From Felis catus (taxonomy: Eukaryota): a DNA stretch of 64,000 nucleotides. The stretch's first letter is position 1, and each line of letters starts with the position of its first letter. The stretch covers positions 20,896,001 to 20,960,000 of the forward strand of contig NC_058369.1 in NCBI RefSeq assembly GCF_018350175.1. The letters are read 5' to 3'. Below, in pieces: positions 23,771 to 36,554 of this stretch. The position numbers and the translations under genes are program-made. The notes under the pieces are model-generated. The model was not told the origin of the DNA and ran no database searches. It worked only from the letters and a program-made list of their open reading frames with translations.

Positions 23771-24709
23771 AGAAGAAGAAGATGTGATATCCAGAGATCC
23801 AGATATAACCTGGACAATGGTAAAAAGAAAGCAGAAACCCTGGGATTGTTGAATCCTTCTAGAAAGAACTAAGGGACGTCCCTGGGTAAAAGGAAAGCCA
23901 GGATCCCTACACATAAAAAGAAGTTGTTCTTTGAAGGGAGAGGGCAAGATCCTGGCTAAGTCTGGGCTGCAATTGCCTTCACACAAAGAGCAGAACTTCT
24001 GGCTACAATTTGTTCTGGGATCTGGCAAAAGCCTGTCTGAGTGAAACCTGAATGGATGGCAACTTTCCAAACTGCGAAGCAATAGAAGAAAAGTCCTCTG
24101 TGCCCTGGAGCTCTCACTTCCCAGCAATTCCTCCTTTATTTCACAGGCTGGAAAGGCTGATGTAGAGTCTGCTTTGAATGGTTAAATGGCAATAAGGACA
24201 GATTTGGTGCCATGTCCTGGAACTTCCAAGAAGTTGAATACACCAAGTGAGATACCATTTGTTTGAATTCTTTTAACCCACGGAAAACAAAAACAACCAG
24301 AGATAGAAACAACTGAATGTTGTCAGCTGTAAGAAAATCTTTTCTAGTTTTGTACTCCCTATACCTTTCCCAGATTTCACTGTTAAGACTGAAGTTTCCT
24401 CCCAAGACTTGACTCCCTGAATTATTTTTGGGATGGAAAAGTCATTTTTTCATATTTTAAGAGTGTCCTGAAATGGTTCAGCCTGTTTCACATTCCTCGT
24501 CTGGCTTCCTGCCCTGTTAGAGTGGGGCTCTCCTAGCTTCCAGTCCAACAGTGCCTTAAAGGCTGGACATTAAAAGGTGACCCAGAAAGGCTGGCTCCAG
24601 TGGGGGATGGGTAGACGGGACTGCTGCAGTCAGAAGTGCATCAAACTTCTTGAAGAGCGTCAGACTTAATTTTTTATTTTTCCTTTTCTTTTAAATCATT
24701 ATTTCATTT

Positions 24710-25010
24710 GGGGCACCTGGCTGGGTCAGTCAGTAGAGCGTGTGACTCTCAATCTCAGGGTTGTGAGTTCAAGCCCCACATTGGGCATGGAGCCTACTTA
24801 AAAAAAAAGAAATCGGGACACCTGGGTGGCTCAGTCCATTAAGCATCCGACTCTTGACTTCGGCTCAGGTCGTGATCTTGTGGTTTGTGAAGTCAGGCTC
24901 TGCGGAACCTGCTTGGGAATCTCCCTCTCTCTCTGTCCTCCCCCCCTTGATCTCCTTCCCCTTTCTTTCCCTCTCCCCCTCCCTCAAAATAAAGAAATAA
25001 ACTTAAAACA
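24710..25010 (+). mobile_element. Two tandem Can-SINEs
   Basis: Heads at ~24710 and ~24815. Confidence 0.85.
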
Positions 25011-25391
25011 AAATCATTATTTATTAGTTGTCACACAAGCAAATACATATTCATTGCAGAGACACTAAAAAATACAAATTAGTAACAAGAAAAACAAACC
25101 TAGCATCCAGAAGTAACTGCTGTTACATTGGTTTTTATTAGGGTAAAATATACATGACATAAATTTTAGCATTTTGATGTAAAACTTTTCAGATTTTTCC
25201 TTGAAATATATTTTTAATGGGTTCATTATTTAATATTTATAACCTACGCTTTTCATCCAATAGTATGAACATCTATCTTCTAGGTCAATGAGTACAGAAC
25301 ATCTTGAGTGGCTACATATGATTCCATCATGTGTTTGTGAAGTAATTTTGCTTCCCAATTTATCTAGGGTCCGGCCAGGGTCTGACTCAAT

Positions 25392-25395
25392 TTTT

Positions 25396-25426
<31 letters not shown>

Positions 25427-25600
25427 GAGAGAGAGAGAGTGAGCAGGGGAGAGGGCCAGCGAGAAGAGAGAGAGAATCCCAAGCAGGCTCCACACCCATC
25501 TCGGAATCTAACAAGGGGCTTGATCCCATGACCCTGAGATCATGACCTGAGCTGAAATTAAGAGTCAGACACTCAACCGACTGAGCCACCCAGTACCCCT
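25392..25600 (-). mobile_element. Can-SINE
   Basis: Poly-T tail, gagagag body, ctgagccacccag head; ctcaattt on both sides. Confidence 0.88.
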
Positions 25601-25709
25601 GGCTCAATTTGTATTTTTAATTGAATAGATGAATTTAGCCAAAGGATTTCAGATATTTGATTGGCCCGTTTACCTTTTTTCCATTTTCTCTCTTTTTCTT
25701 CTAACACTT

Positions 25710-26105
25710 AATTTTTTTTAGAGCAGTTGTAAGTTCACATCAAAAGAGGAAGATACAGAAATGTTGGGCATACTCCCTGTCCCCACACATTCATAGCAGC
25801 CCCCATTATCGACAACACCCACTAGAGTGATACATTTGTTACGAAGGATGAACCTACATTGACACATCAAAATCTCCCTAACTATAATTTACATTAGGGT
25901 TTTATACATTGTATGGGTTTGGACAAACATATAATGACAAGTATCCATCATTATGATATCATACAGAGTATTTTCACAGCCCTAAAAATCCTCTGTGCTC
26001 CACCGATTCATCCCTACCACCCCCACCATAACTCCTGGCAAACCCTGATCTTTATAGAGCCTTCATAGTTTTCCTTCTTCCAGAATGTAACATGGTTGGA
26101 ATCAG
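25710..26105 (-). mobile_element. L1 (L1MC-like) 3' UTR fragment
   Basis: gatgaacctacattgacacatca, tatgggtttggacaaa, cacagccctaaaaatcctctgtgctcc. Confidence 0.8.
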
Positions 26106-27044
26106 TATAAATATATTTTAAAAACCGTAGCCATCCAACACTTGGAAATCAGTCGTAGCTGACAATGTTACATGTGGAGAAAGTAAAGGGTGTGTAGCCA
26201 TAATAACAATTGCCTTGCATACATATGCAGTTTTATTTATACACGTGATCTCTCACCTAATCCTCACAACTCTATAAGAGATGCAATTATCTATATTTTA
26301 TAGATGTGAAAATGGAGGCTAAGAGAGGTATTCCAGTAGCAAGTGGCAGAACCTGGATTTGTCTGTAGATACCTATGTATATATGTGAAGCTTGACAATA
26401 AATGTGCATAGAGAGGAGTAGGTGGGAGTTGATGGATTAGTAGACATATCTGAACATATGCAGAGACAGATGTGTGGACAAAGAGATGAGGCAAATAGAT
26501 GAGGATATGCAAACCATTCCCCACAATCATGACCTTTCGTTTAACTTAGGACTCAGGATGTGGCTATGTTTGAACTTGAGCTCAGAATACTGAGTTCTGT
26601 CTCAGTAAACTTATTTTATTGTTTAGCAGTAAATCCAAACTCCATGGTCTCTTATTAATCACCTAGTTACCTGGATTCCAGAAAAACCAATCCCAGCCCT
26701 AGAAATTAGTGCTACCACTTGGTATCAGTAGCAGATAATGATATGTAAATATTTTGCATTTTGTATAACTGTTCCTACGTGTTGTCTTCAAAATAAAATT
26801 GCTTTTGCTGACATCAATAAAGATATTTTAGTGGTCCAATCCAATGGTCACTGTTCAGTGCTTACCTTCCTGTTCCTATCTGTGACATTAATGGTGTTGA
26901 CCACTCCCTAATCTCTTCTCCATGGCTCCATTGACATCTTCCTGTTCTGACTCTTTTCACCTGACTGGACACACTCCTTGTCTCTTCCTAGCTGTTCTTT
27001 GGCCCCTGTGTGGTTGCCTGCTCAATAGCTTCCTCCTCTTGGCT

Positions 27045-27045
27045 C

Positions 27046-27076
<31 letters not shown>

Positions 27077-27267
27077 ATTTTTGAGACAGGGAGAGACAGA
27101 GCATGAACAGGGGAGGGTCAGAGAGAGGGAGACACAGAATCCGAAATGGGCTCCAGGCTCTGAGCTGTCAGCACAGCTCGAACTCACGGGGCTCGAACTC
27201 ACGGAGCGCTAGATCATGACCTGAGCGGAAGTCGGCCACTCAACCGACTGAGCCACCCAGGTGCCCC
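27045..27267 (-). mobile_element. Can-SINE
   Basis: TSD ctcttggctcttttc; internal gctcgaactcacgg duplication. Confidence 0.9.
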
Positions 27268-27384
27268 TCTTGGCTCTTTTCTGATGGAATCTTGATTTTG
27301 TTCAGGTATTCCTCCCTCCTCTGGATAGCAATGCCTTTTCCAAGAGTTGACCCTAGTCCTCTGAGATAAATCCTCAGTCTAAAC

Positions 27385-28570
27385 CACCGGTTCTCAAAGT
27401 GTGGTCTTGGGACCAGTAGCCATCAGCCTTGCCTGAGAACTTGTCAAAAAGTCAAATTCTTGGGGCGCCTGGGTGGCTCAGTTGGTTAAGCGGCCGACTT
27501 CGGCTCAGGTCATGATCTCGCGGTCCGTGAGTTCGAGCCACGCGTCGGGCTCTGTGCTGACAGCTCGGAGCCTGGAGCCTGTTTCGGATTCTGTGTCTCC
27601 CTCTCTCTGACCCTCCCCTGTTCATGCTCTGTCTCTCCCTGTCTCAAAAATAAATAAAACGTTAAAAAAAATTAAAAAAAAAAGTCAAATTCTTGGGGCA
27701 CCCAGGTGGTTCAGTCGGTAAAGCATCCGACTCTTGATTTCAGCTCAGGTCATGCTGTCACAGTTTGTGAGCTAGAGCCCCACATCAGGCTCTGAGCTAA
27801 CCTCACGGAGCCTGCTTCAGATTCTCTATCTCTTCCCCTTTCTGCCCCTCCCCCACTTGCTCTCTCTCACGAGTAAGCATTAAAAAAAATCAAGGGGCGC
27901 TGGGGTGGCTCAGTGGTTTAGCGTCCGACTTCAGCTCAGGTCATGATCTCGTGGTTTGTGAGTTCGAGCCCGCATCGGGCTCTGTGGTGACAGCTCAGAG
28001 CCTGGAGCCTGCTTCGGATTCTGTGTCCCTCTCTCACTCAGCCCCTCCCTCACTTATGCTCTGTCTCTCTCTCTCAAGGATAAATAAAACATTAAAAAAA
28101 TTTTATTAAATGTTTTATTTAAAAAAAAATTTTAACGTTTATCTTTGAGAGAGAAATAAAGGATAAATAAAACATTAAAAATTTTTTTTATTTAAAAAAT
28201 TTTTTAACGTTTATTTATTATTGAAAGAGCGAGAGACAGAGCGTGAGCAGGGGAGGGGCAGAGAGAGAGGGAGACACAGAATCCGAAGCAGGCTCCGGGC
28301 TCAGAGCTGTCACCACAGAGCCTGACACGGGGCTCGAACTCACAAACCGCGAGACCATGACCTGAGCCGAAGTCGGGTGCTCAACCGACTGAGCCACCCA
28401 GGTGCCCCAACATTAAATTTTTAAAAAAATAATAAAAGTTTTTAAAAAGTCAAATTCTCAGATCTTGTGCCACACCTACTGAACTAGAAGCTCTGGGGGT
28501 GGAGCCCAGCAATTTGTTTTAACAAGCCCTCTAGGTGATACTGATACATACTGGAATTTGAGAACCCTTG
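27385..28570 (+). mobile_element. MER5A-like DNA transposon interrupted by four nested Can-SINEs (27462-27678 +, 27695-27890 +, 27894-28100 +, 28180-28408 -)
   Basis: 5' end caccggttctcaaagtgtggtc; 3' end ttttaacaagccctctaggtgatactgat...tttgagaacccttg; 8-bp flanks gtctaaac/atccaaac. Confidence 0.82.
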
Positions 28571-28574
28571 ATCC

Positions 28575-29770
28575 AAACCAATCATGATGGGTGGTCTTGT
28601 TTCCCTTCCAGTGATGGGATTAGGTTTGCCAGTGTGATGGTATTTTTGCTAATGAGAAATGAGAGGAAGTCTGCTGGGGAAGGGGTCTTGGAAGATTTCT
28701 TTGCCTCTTTTTTTTTTTTTTAAATGCTTATCTATTTTTTAAATGCTTATTTATTTTGAGAGAGAGAGAGAGTGCACATTTGTGGGATGGGGGGGAGAGG
28801 GAGTGGGGCAGAGAGAGAATCTCAAGCAGGCCCCCGAGCCCGATGAGGGGCTTGAACCCACAAACTGTGAGATCATGACCTAAGCTGAAACCAAGAGTCA
28901 AATGTTTAACCGACTGAGTCACCCAGGCACCTCACAGTTTCTTTGCTTCTAAAAGAAATGCAAGGAAGAAATGATCCCTCTTCATCCGTTGGACACTGTT
29001 GTGCTGGATGTGATGCCTGTAGCCAAGTCTGATCATGAGGAAAGCAGCCTAAAGGCAAGCCAGCAGGATGAGAATGGCAGAGCAGAAAGATGGAAAAGGT
29101 CCGTTATGGATTGAATTGTGTCCCCCCCCAAAGATATATTGAAGTCCCCACCCCCAGCACCCCAAAATGTGACCAAATTTGGAAACAGGGTTGCAGCAGA
29201 TGTAATTAGTAAAGATGACGTCATACTGGAGTAGGCTGGGCCCTGAATCCAATATGACTGGTGTCCTTATGAGAAGAGGAGAGGGGCTCCTGCGTGGCTC
29301 AGTCAGTTAAGCATCTGACCTCAGCTCGGGTCGTGATCTCACGGTGTGTGAGTTCAAGCCCCACATCAGGCTCTCCGCTGTCAACACAGAGTCTGCTTGG
29401 GATCCTCTGTATGCACCCCACTCCTCCCCTGCCTGCACTCTCTGTCTCTCTCAAAATAAACTTAAAAAAGAGAGAGAGAAGAGGGGAGAGACAGAAGGTG
29501 GCCCTGTGAAGTTGGAAGTAGAGATGGGAGTGTCTCCTATAGGTTTCAGAGAAACATGACCCTGGTGACAAATTGATTTTGGACTACTGGCCTCCAGAAC
29601 TGAGACAATAAAACCCTATTGTTTTAGGCCACCCACTTTGTGTGAGTGTTAGAGCAGCTCTAGGACACTGACCCAGGGTCTTTGTGACCTGCACACCAAC
29701 TCTACAGCGTCCTACCTTGAAATCCCTTGTTACGTGAAATAACAATTATTCCTTATTGTTTAAGCTAGTT
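28575..29770 (+). mobile_element. Old MaLR LTR (MLT1J/K-like) containing a Can-SINE (28710-28931 -) and a younger MLT1A/B-like LTR (29102-29675), which itself holds a Can-SINE (29283-29470 +)
   Basis: gttatggattgaattgtgtcccccc...aatccaatatgactggtgtcctt...ggcctccagaactgagacaataaa; 5-bp flanks aggtc/gggtc; outer text gaggaagtctgctgggg and atggcagagcagaaagatggaaa. Confidence 0.75.
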
Positions 29771-30033
29771 AGAAAGTTGCCCCCCCAGCTGTATTGAGAT
29801 ATAACTAACATATAACATTAAGTAACATGTACAACCTGATGACTTGATACACTTACATTTTGTGAAATTAATACCACAATAGGGTTAAGATTGGCCCATT
29901 TATTAAATTTTTAAATTTCATGCTATACAGTTTAAAGTGGAACCTCTCCTAAACAATATAGCTTCTAAAACTGAGGGCTCCTTATGAATTCCAATTCTTG
30001 GAGATAAATTTCTGAGTTAGAATGACCTATGGA

Positions 30034-30226
30034 GGGGCGCCTGGGTAGCTGCATCAGTTAAGCCTCTGACTTTTGATTTCAGTTCAGGTCATGAGGTCAT
30101 GGTAGGTGGGTTCAAGCCCCACATGGAGCCCCATGCCAAGCCCCTTGTCATGCTGTTTATTAGCCTGGAGCCTGCTTGGGATTCTCTTTCTCTCTCTCTC
30201 AAAAATAAACAAATATACTTAAAAAA
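30034..30226 (+). mobile_element. Can-SINE
   Basis: ggggcgcctgggtagctg ... ctctcaaaaataaac. Confidence 0.85.
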
Positions 30227-30239
30227 CGAAGAATTTCAA

Positions 30240-32560
30240 TGAATGGCTCTTAAGTCCTAGAGAAGATGGGGGTAGAAAATTTACAGAGAAAGTATCCATG
30301 TTTCCTCTAAGGTGGGTATTTGGAGCATATCAGAGGTGCCATTAAAAGAGCCCTTTTAGCAGCTTGTATTTTAAAAGGTCTACTCCCCACCCTCCTTTTT
30401 TCCCTTTATTCTTAGGCAGTTGTGGGCTATGTCATTTCAAGGACAGAAGATTAATAACTTTAAGGGGCAGAGAAAGAGCACAAGTTTGTTTGTTGTTGTT
30501 GTTGTTTTTCTAAGTATAGGACAATTTTGTTCCAGTAGCTTGATCTTTTGTTCATAAACAGGGGTGCCTGGCTGGCTCAGCTGGCAGAGCATGTGACTCT
30601 TTATCTCAGGGTTGTTCAAACCCTATGTTGGGTATAGAGCCTACTTAAAAAAAAAAAAGTACGATATCCATCAACATTTTAAGAGAAATAGGTGAGGTTT
30701 GTAAAGATAGGTCGGCTGTGACTTGTTTCTAGGCTGAATTTCTCATTTTATATATATATTTGTAAAACAGAGGCGTTTTTAATTCCCCAAAGAACTGGAT
30801 TATAGCCTGAATATCAAGGGATTAGCCCACCTTTTAAACTAAATTTGTTTCTTTATATCACAGAGATTTTTAACTAAAATGAGAATCAAAAGATTTATGC
30901 CTTTGTAAAGTTTGCATAAAGCATTTTAACAAAAGCCTTCTTTCTGAGTACTGAGTACACAGTTTAACCTAGGCTTCTATTTGACTCTGAATACTGGCCT
31001 TTTGCAGATCATTTATAGGAGGGCCTGTGAGAAATGTGGATCACCTGTTTCTTTTGTGGAAGGGGTTTTCTCAGGGGCTAGTCTGGCCTGTCTAATAACC
31101 GGTTTAATCTTGGGTCAGAAGAACTCCCCTTAGCAGCCAGTCAAGGTCTCTGTGAGTAGGGTTGTGAATAGCAATTAATCTTTCTAATTCTTCTCTAAAT
31201 TTGGTAGGATCTTTTGAAAGTGGAGGAAAAAGGGCTTTATAATTCAAAAGATACGCTGCTGTTCAAGGGATATGAATTCTTTGAAGTGGGGGGCATGGTT
31301 TGGGGGGGGGGTGTCTAGGATACATCTGCGAAGGTTATTGCATAGAAATGCCTGAAGCTGGCAGACCTGATTACAGCAAAGTGAGCCCTACTGCCTGTCC
31401 CAGTTGCTTCTGCTAAATTCACTTTTTGGCCTTCAGCATTTACAAGAGTAGCCTGTATACTTTGAACCTAGAGATGAAGCTGGAATGCTCTCTGCAAATC
31501 TTGTAGGGGAAGGGAAGTTAATATAGGCAGATTTGAGATCTGGATTTTAAGAAAGGAAATTTAGTTTAGATGTGGTCATTTGTCTTAAGTCCAATTTTTA
31601 TCTCGTCAAGGCAGTCCTTAAGCCTAGCTATTATTCCAATAAGACAACTGAGAGTCCTTTATACAGGATTTTTTTTTCAAATATAGTCAATTTATATTTT
31701 TTCAAATATAGTCAATGTCTGGCCATTGATGAATAGGATCTATTAATAGGGACTCAAACCAATAAGCCTTTTAATGGTTTAACCAAAGATACAAGGGGTG
31801 TCCAGAGAGGGCATATAAGATATAACCCCCATGATCCAAAAGTTCACTCCCAAAATTAGACTTAGAACAAAGACCTCTGTTGCACAGGAGGTAAGGATAT
31901 CTCTGGTCTCTCATGAAATGGTGAGATGCCTCCAGTCACAGACCCTCTAATTTGTGACACTGGCTGGGTGCTACTGGGATGGGATTTTTCTAGCACTGCC
32001 AAGCAACAAAGCTTGGACAACAAAGGCCCCTTATGGGCTGGGACCTTTTATGACAAATTCCCCTGCAAGCTGGCCTGGCCAGACAGAGTGCAAATTGTAA
32101 CTATGCGTCTCTATTTGACAGGCCACCAAAGTGGACCTCAGTAAGTGTACTCTCCTGAAGGCGGAAATCAGAGAAAATGTTCTCATGGGTCACAAAGCCA
32201 GACTCTTAGGACACAGAACAAAAGGAAAAACCTCATTCTGTTTTTACATAGAGGATCCACAGCAAAGTTTGTTTAAATGGATGGCCAGTCTCTTTAACTC
32301 AACAGTCTCTGAGGTCAGCTTGAGAGTTGCCCAAGGAGCTAATTCCACAATATTTTCTCCTGCTAATCTAAATTTACAGGAAGAAAAAAAGATTCTCACC
32401 ACTCTATCTCCATTGGACTCTGTAGAGCTTCCAGAAGGCTGACGTGGTAAGAGATCTTACCTTTTGCCAGTTGGATGTTGGATGTCCAGGATCTCTCAGC
32501 TGCTACAGTGTCTGGAGCGAGCGATGTCCAGTGAATTAAAGTATCCTGCCAACTACACCA
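30240..32560 (-). mobile_element. Degenerate ERV1-like internal sequence with tRNA-Ser primer-binding site; short SINE at 30561-30658
   Basis: PBS TGGTGTAGTTGGCAGGAT at 32560-32543, 2 nt after the LTR end; splice donor GGTAAG ~80 nt further on; no intact ORF; left boundary uncertain. Confidence 0.65.
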
Positions 32561-32562
32561 AC

Positions 32563-33109
32563 TGAAGAGAAGAAAAAATTCTTCTCTACTCTCAACATCT
32601 TCCAACTGGACTAGGAATTAAATTGACATGACACAGATTAACGAGCAGGAAAAAATACCAGAGTTTCATTACGCGTGTACAGAAGTCCAGTTATGGAATT
32701 GAGACTTCAAGAAATGATGAAGGCAGGCAGTTTTCATACTCTTTAGACAAAGAGACAATAAATCTGTGAGGAATTGACGGAACAAAGAAAACTTAACTTT
32801 GGGAGCCTCAATTAGTAAGAAATTCTAAACAGAATTTGGGCTGGGGTCATAAATTAGTAAAAAGTAACAAGAGTTATTTATACAGCCTTCTGGGCTCTGA
32901 ATTTCCCATCTCTGGTGAGAAGGGTGTCTCTTTAGCTCCTGGTACAGGGAGGGTACCTTTCACCTGGGAGATTTATTTTCTGCTTTCAGGGGGACAGAGG
33001 AGGGTCTGAGTGTCCTTCTTGCATAGGCTGTTTCTTCAGTAAATTTTACTTAAAATAATCAATATACCAAAGTGGCACGTTTTGGGGTAGCCTGCCCTTG
33101 GCCCCTTCA
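32563..33109 (-). mobile_element. ERV1 LTR (MER34-like / carnivore LTR), 5' LTR of the remnant provirus
   Basis: Begins TGAAGGGGCCAAGGGCAGGCTACCCCAAAACGTGCCACTTTGG and ends ...TCTTCA next to the PBS. Confidence 0.78.
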
Positions 33110-34009
33110 GGCAGTCAGGCAACTGAGGGTTTTTTTTGTTTTTAAGTTTTTATTTATTCATTTAAAGTAATCTCTACACCCAATGTGGGAATCAAACTCA
33201 CCATCCTGAGATTAAGAGTCATGCTCTTGGGGCACCTGGGTGGCTCAGTAGATTAAGTGTCTGACTCTTGATTTTGGTTCAGGTCATCGTCACATGAACC
33301 ATGAGATCAAGCCCTGAGTCGTGCTTGGTGCTGACAGCGCAGAATCCCTGCTTAGGATTCTCTCTGTCCCTTTCTCTCTGCCCTCCCCCCACTCACATGG
33401 GAGCTTGTTAGCTCTCTCTCAAAATAAATAAATAAACATTAAAAAAAAAAAAAAAAAGAGTCATATGCTCTTGTGACTGAGCCAGCCAGGTGCCCTGGCA
33501 ATTGAGGTTTGTATACCATATGCTGAGCCATGGAGAAAAGGGTGGGGGGCTAGGGCTTCAATGGGGAGAAAGACAATTCATAAGAAGATGAGAAGAGCAA
33601 ATGTTTGGTAAACAAATGTTTGTCACGTGAGGCAGATAAGTTTTCTGTTTTTTTAAACAGCATTTTTAAAAAGCTTGTTTGTTTGTTTGTTTGTTTGGAG
33701 AGACAGAATCCCAAGAAGGGTCTGCACAGTCAACGTGAGGCTCAACACGGGGGCTTACCTCCACGAACTCTGAGATCACGACAGCTGGGATCAAGAGTTG
33801 GACAGGCAAGGGACTAAGCCACCCAGGCGCCCCACAGATAAGTCTTTCTGATGTAAACAGTTATCTCTGGTAACAGCTCTCTTCCTGTTACAGGCCCTCT
33901 ATCTGAATTCCTTGGGCAGTTTTCCTGAGTCAGCTTAATTTCCTTCAGTTCAAAACAATCTACATGCCCAAGTGGCACACCCTGGGGTTGTGTTTTCTAC
34001 TCCCCCTCA
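33110..34009 (-). mobile_element. Second, truncated MER34-like LTR carrying three Can-SINEs (33130-33496 - with 33229-33457 + nested inside; 33660-33833 -)
   Basis: Begins TGAGGGGGAGTAGAAAACACAACCCCAGGGTGTGCCACTTGGGCATGTAGATTGTTTTGAACTGAAGG; nested SINE flanked by aagagtcat. Confidence 0.68.
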
Positions 34010-34065
34010 ACTTCTTAAACAAGCCCTCACAATAACTACAGTTGTGTGACTCTTCTTTGGGAAGG

Positions 34066-34066
<1 letters not shown>

Positions 34067-34114
<48 letters not shown>
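34067..34114. repeat. (TG)24 microsatellite
   Basis: Perfect dinucleotide run. Confidence 0.95.
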
Positions 34115-34116
<2 letters not shown>

Positions 34117-34716
34117 CATAATCACCACAGAGAAAAGCAGAATGTTGGAACACAATTGCAACCCACGGTGACTCCGTATAGCACATTTCAGCTGTCACAC
34201 TCAGTTCACATAGAACACTTCTCACCTGACAAATTGCCTGCTTTTGCTAAATGAATGCTTCATTTCATGTACCACCAATAGGAAATAATGATGGCCATGC
34301 ATGGAGGTAACATTCCTTTTCCAAGGAACCCGGGGCTGATTTCATATAATTCATGTGGCTTGTACCACGCCTGAATTACATGCAGTGTTCAGTTTCCCCC
34401 AAGGGATCAGCCTGTGGACGACTCCCAAGTGTGGCCTTCAGCTACTGAGTGAGGGAGGGTTTCTAGGTCTCTTGCCTAAAGAGCTCTCCTGGGCCCAGTG
34501 GCCAGGACATGCCTGTCATAGCGGGGGAGTTCAGATGTTCTCATTACAGCTTCAGTACTGCCCAGGAACCACAGTGCCACCTCTGCTCCGCCACCCCCCC
34601 CCCCCGCCCCGCCCCCAGTTTGGACACTGGTCCTCCTAACATGTGACCACCTACTGGAATTCCTCAGAGAGGTCCTGAGCCCTAGGACCAGGGGGTCTGA
34701 AAAGAGGAGGTCTGAA

Positions 34717-34900
34717 ATCGACTACATAATTTTCAGGGCCGAGTACAAAATACAAATATGGGCCCCTCCTCAAAAAATTATTAAGAAATGCTAGACAGCA
34801 ACAGTAGAATATTTGATAATATTCAATCTTCGAGTGCAGGACCCTTCTGACCTTGGTTCCCTATGTGACTACACAGGTCCCACACCCACAAAGCTGGCCC
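34717..34900 (-). mobile_element. MER45A-like hAT-Tip100 element
   Basis: ctacataattttcagggcc..acaaaat..gggcccct..tcaaaaaattattaagaa..gacagcaacag..cccttctga..gtgactacacaggtc. Confidence 0.65.
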
Positions 34901-35421
34901 AGCCACAACTTTGAGCCTTTCTACATGCACTAGAAACATATTGTTTATTTAATGCTCTTAACCCCATTTTAATGATGAAGACTGAGAGGTTAAATAACTT
35001 TCCTAAAGTCACACAGCCAATAAGCCTTGAGTCTGGATTCACACTCTGCTTCTGACTGGCAAGTTCCAGCCCAGTTTCTAGGGCAAAGGGTAGGTAGTCA
35101 TTCACATTTAACAAAGTCCATTGTTGGTAAACAATGCCTTTTTGTTCTGGAAGGAAGGGATGGGTTCTTCCCAGATAAACCTAGACTGCTCAGATCCAGG
35201 AAGAATTGCCTAGAGGCCCAGGGCCTCTGCCTCTAAACATACAGAACTATTTCAAAAGGCTTAAAAATCCTTTCTGACAATTCAACCTGCAGTGCTTTGG
35301 CAACCCTGGATCTGTCACAGCAGTGCTGCTTCTGGGAGCGTTATTTATACCCCCCACCCCTCCTTGCAAGAAAAATAGCCTATGGTGTTTCACAGCTTTC
35401 AACTAAGAGAGCTCCACTGCT

Positions 35422-35590
35422 GGGGTGCCTGGGTGGCTCAGTCAGTTAAGCATTGACTCTTGATTTCAGCTCAGGTCATGATCTGAGTTCCTGAGTTTGA
35501 ACCCCGGGTGGTTCTCCCTCTCTCTCTGCCTCTGCCCGCTCATGCTCTCTCTCTCTCAAAATAAATAAAATTTAAAAACTTAAAGAAAAA
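35422..35590 (+). mobile_element. Can-SINE (internally deleted)
   Basis: ggggtgcctgggtggctcagtcagttaagc head; CT body and A tail. Confidence 0.85.
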
Positions 35591-36554
35591 GAAAACGCCA
35601 CTCCTTCCGGCCTCAGGACCCTATCCATCCCCACATCGGAGCTCTGGTGTCTCTGGGGTCTCCCAGAGCACCCACCTTGGGCCTGACCTGGAGAAGAGTC
35701 TAGCGCTGCAGAGACAAAAGCAGGGGTGGAGGGTGGAAGAGGAGGCTCCTGAAAACTCACTGTAGAGCTGGCCCTGGAAGCCCCCAAAAGGGATCTCTTT
35801 ACCCCTTGGTGCCACCTCCGTGAGGCATTAGGGGCTGAATGCTAAGGAAGAGGTCCAGGATGTCAAGGATAAGTGGAAGGGAGGCCATGGAAACCAGGAG
35901 TGCCTCCCTGAGAAGGCAGCTGCCTCCAGTTTGGAATTGATGATGGAGAGCCTGATTTATCCCAGGTTTTGCATAAATAAAAAACAAAACAAAACACTGC
36001 TTTATTTTCACAGTGGATTTTAAGGTTTCTCTTATGGATGCAGTATAATAATTCACAATAGTTTTTACATTGAATAACCAAGCTGAGTATATCTTATTGG
36101 AGAAAAGACGGAACATGTTCATGTTCACTATTTTTATTTTTGGTTCTACATCAATCTTACATTTCTTGCTGGTCCTGAATTCTTGCAATCATTTACCTTT
36201 GTCCAGTCACAATTAAAATGCAGTAAAGGAAGAGAACCCCAGAGGCCACATGAACTGATGGAATAAAAATCTGCCCCACCACAGAATCCCAAGACTGATG
36301 CAAAGAATTTCTCCCCATGAAAGTTGCTTTCTGCTTTGTGCTCCTGCCTTGTGGTATTGATTAGTGTACAAGACTCTCCTGAATTTGAATATACAGCAAG
36401 ATGCTCTTGATCTCTTGGTGCATCTAGCAAGATGAATGCCAGTGAGAACCAACATTTTCCAGATGATCTGATATCAAAAGTAGATCAAGATTCCAAAATG
36501 CAGGTCTTGATTTCTGAAACTAACTTGCAACAGGATAAAGTGTACATATCAACC

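Noticed and set aside
31672..31716. 20-nt direct repeat ttttttcaaatatagtcaat x2
   Set aside because: Only two copies inside decayed ERV sequence; simple local duplication, not an array.
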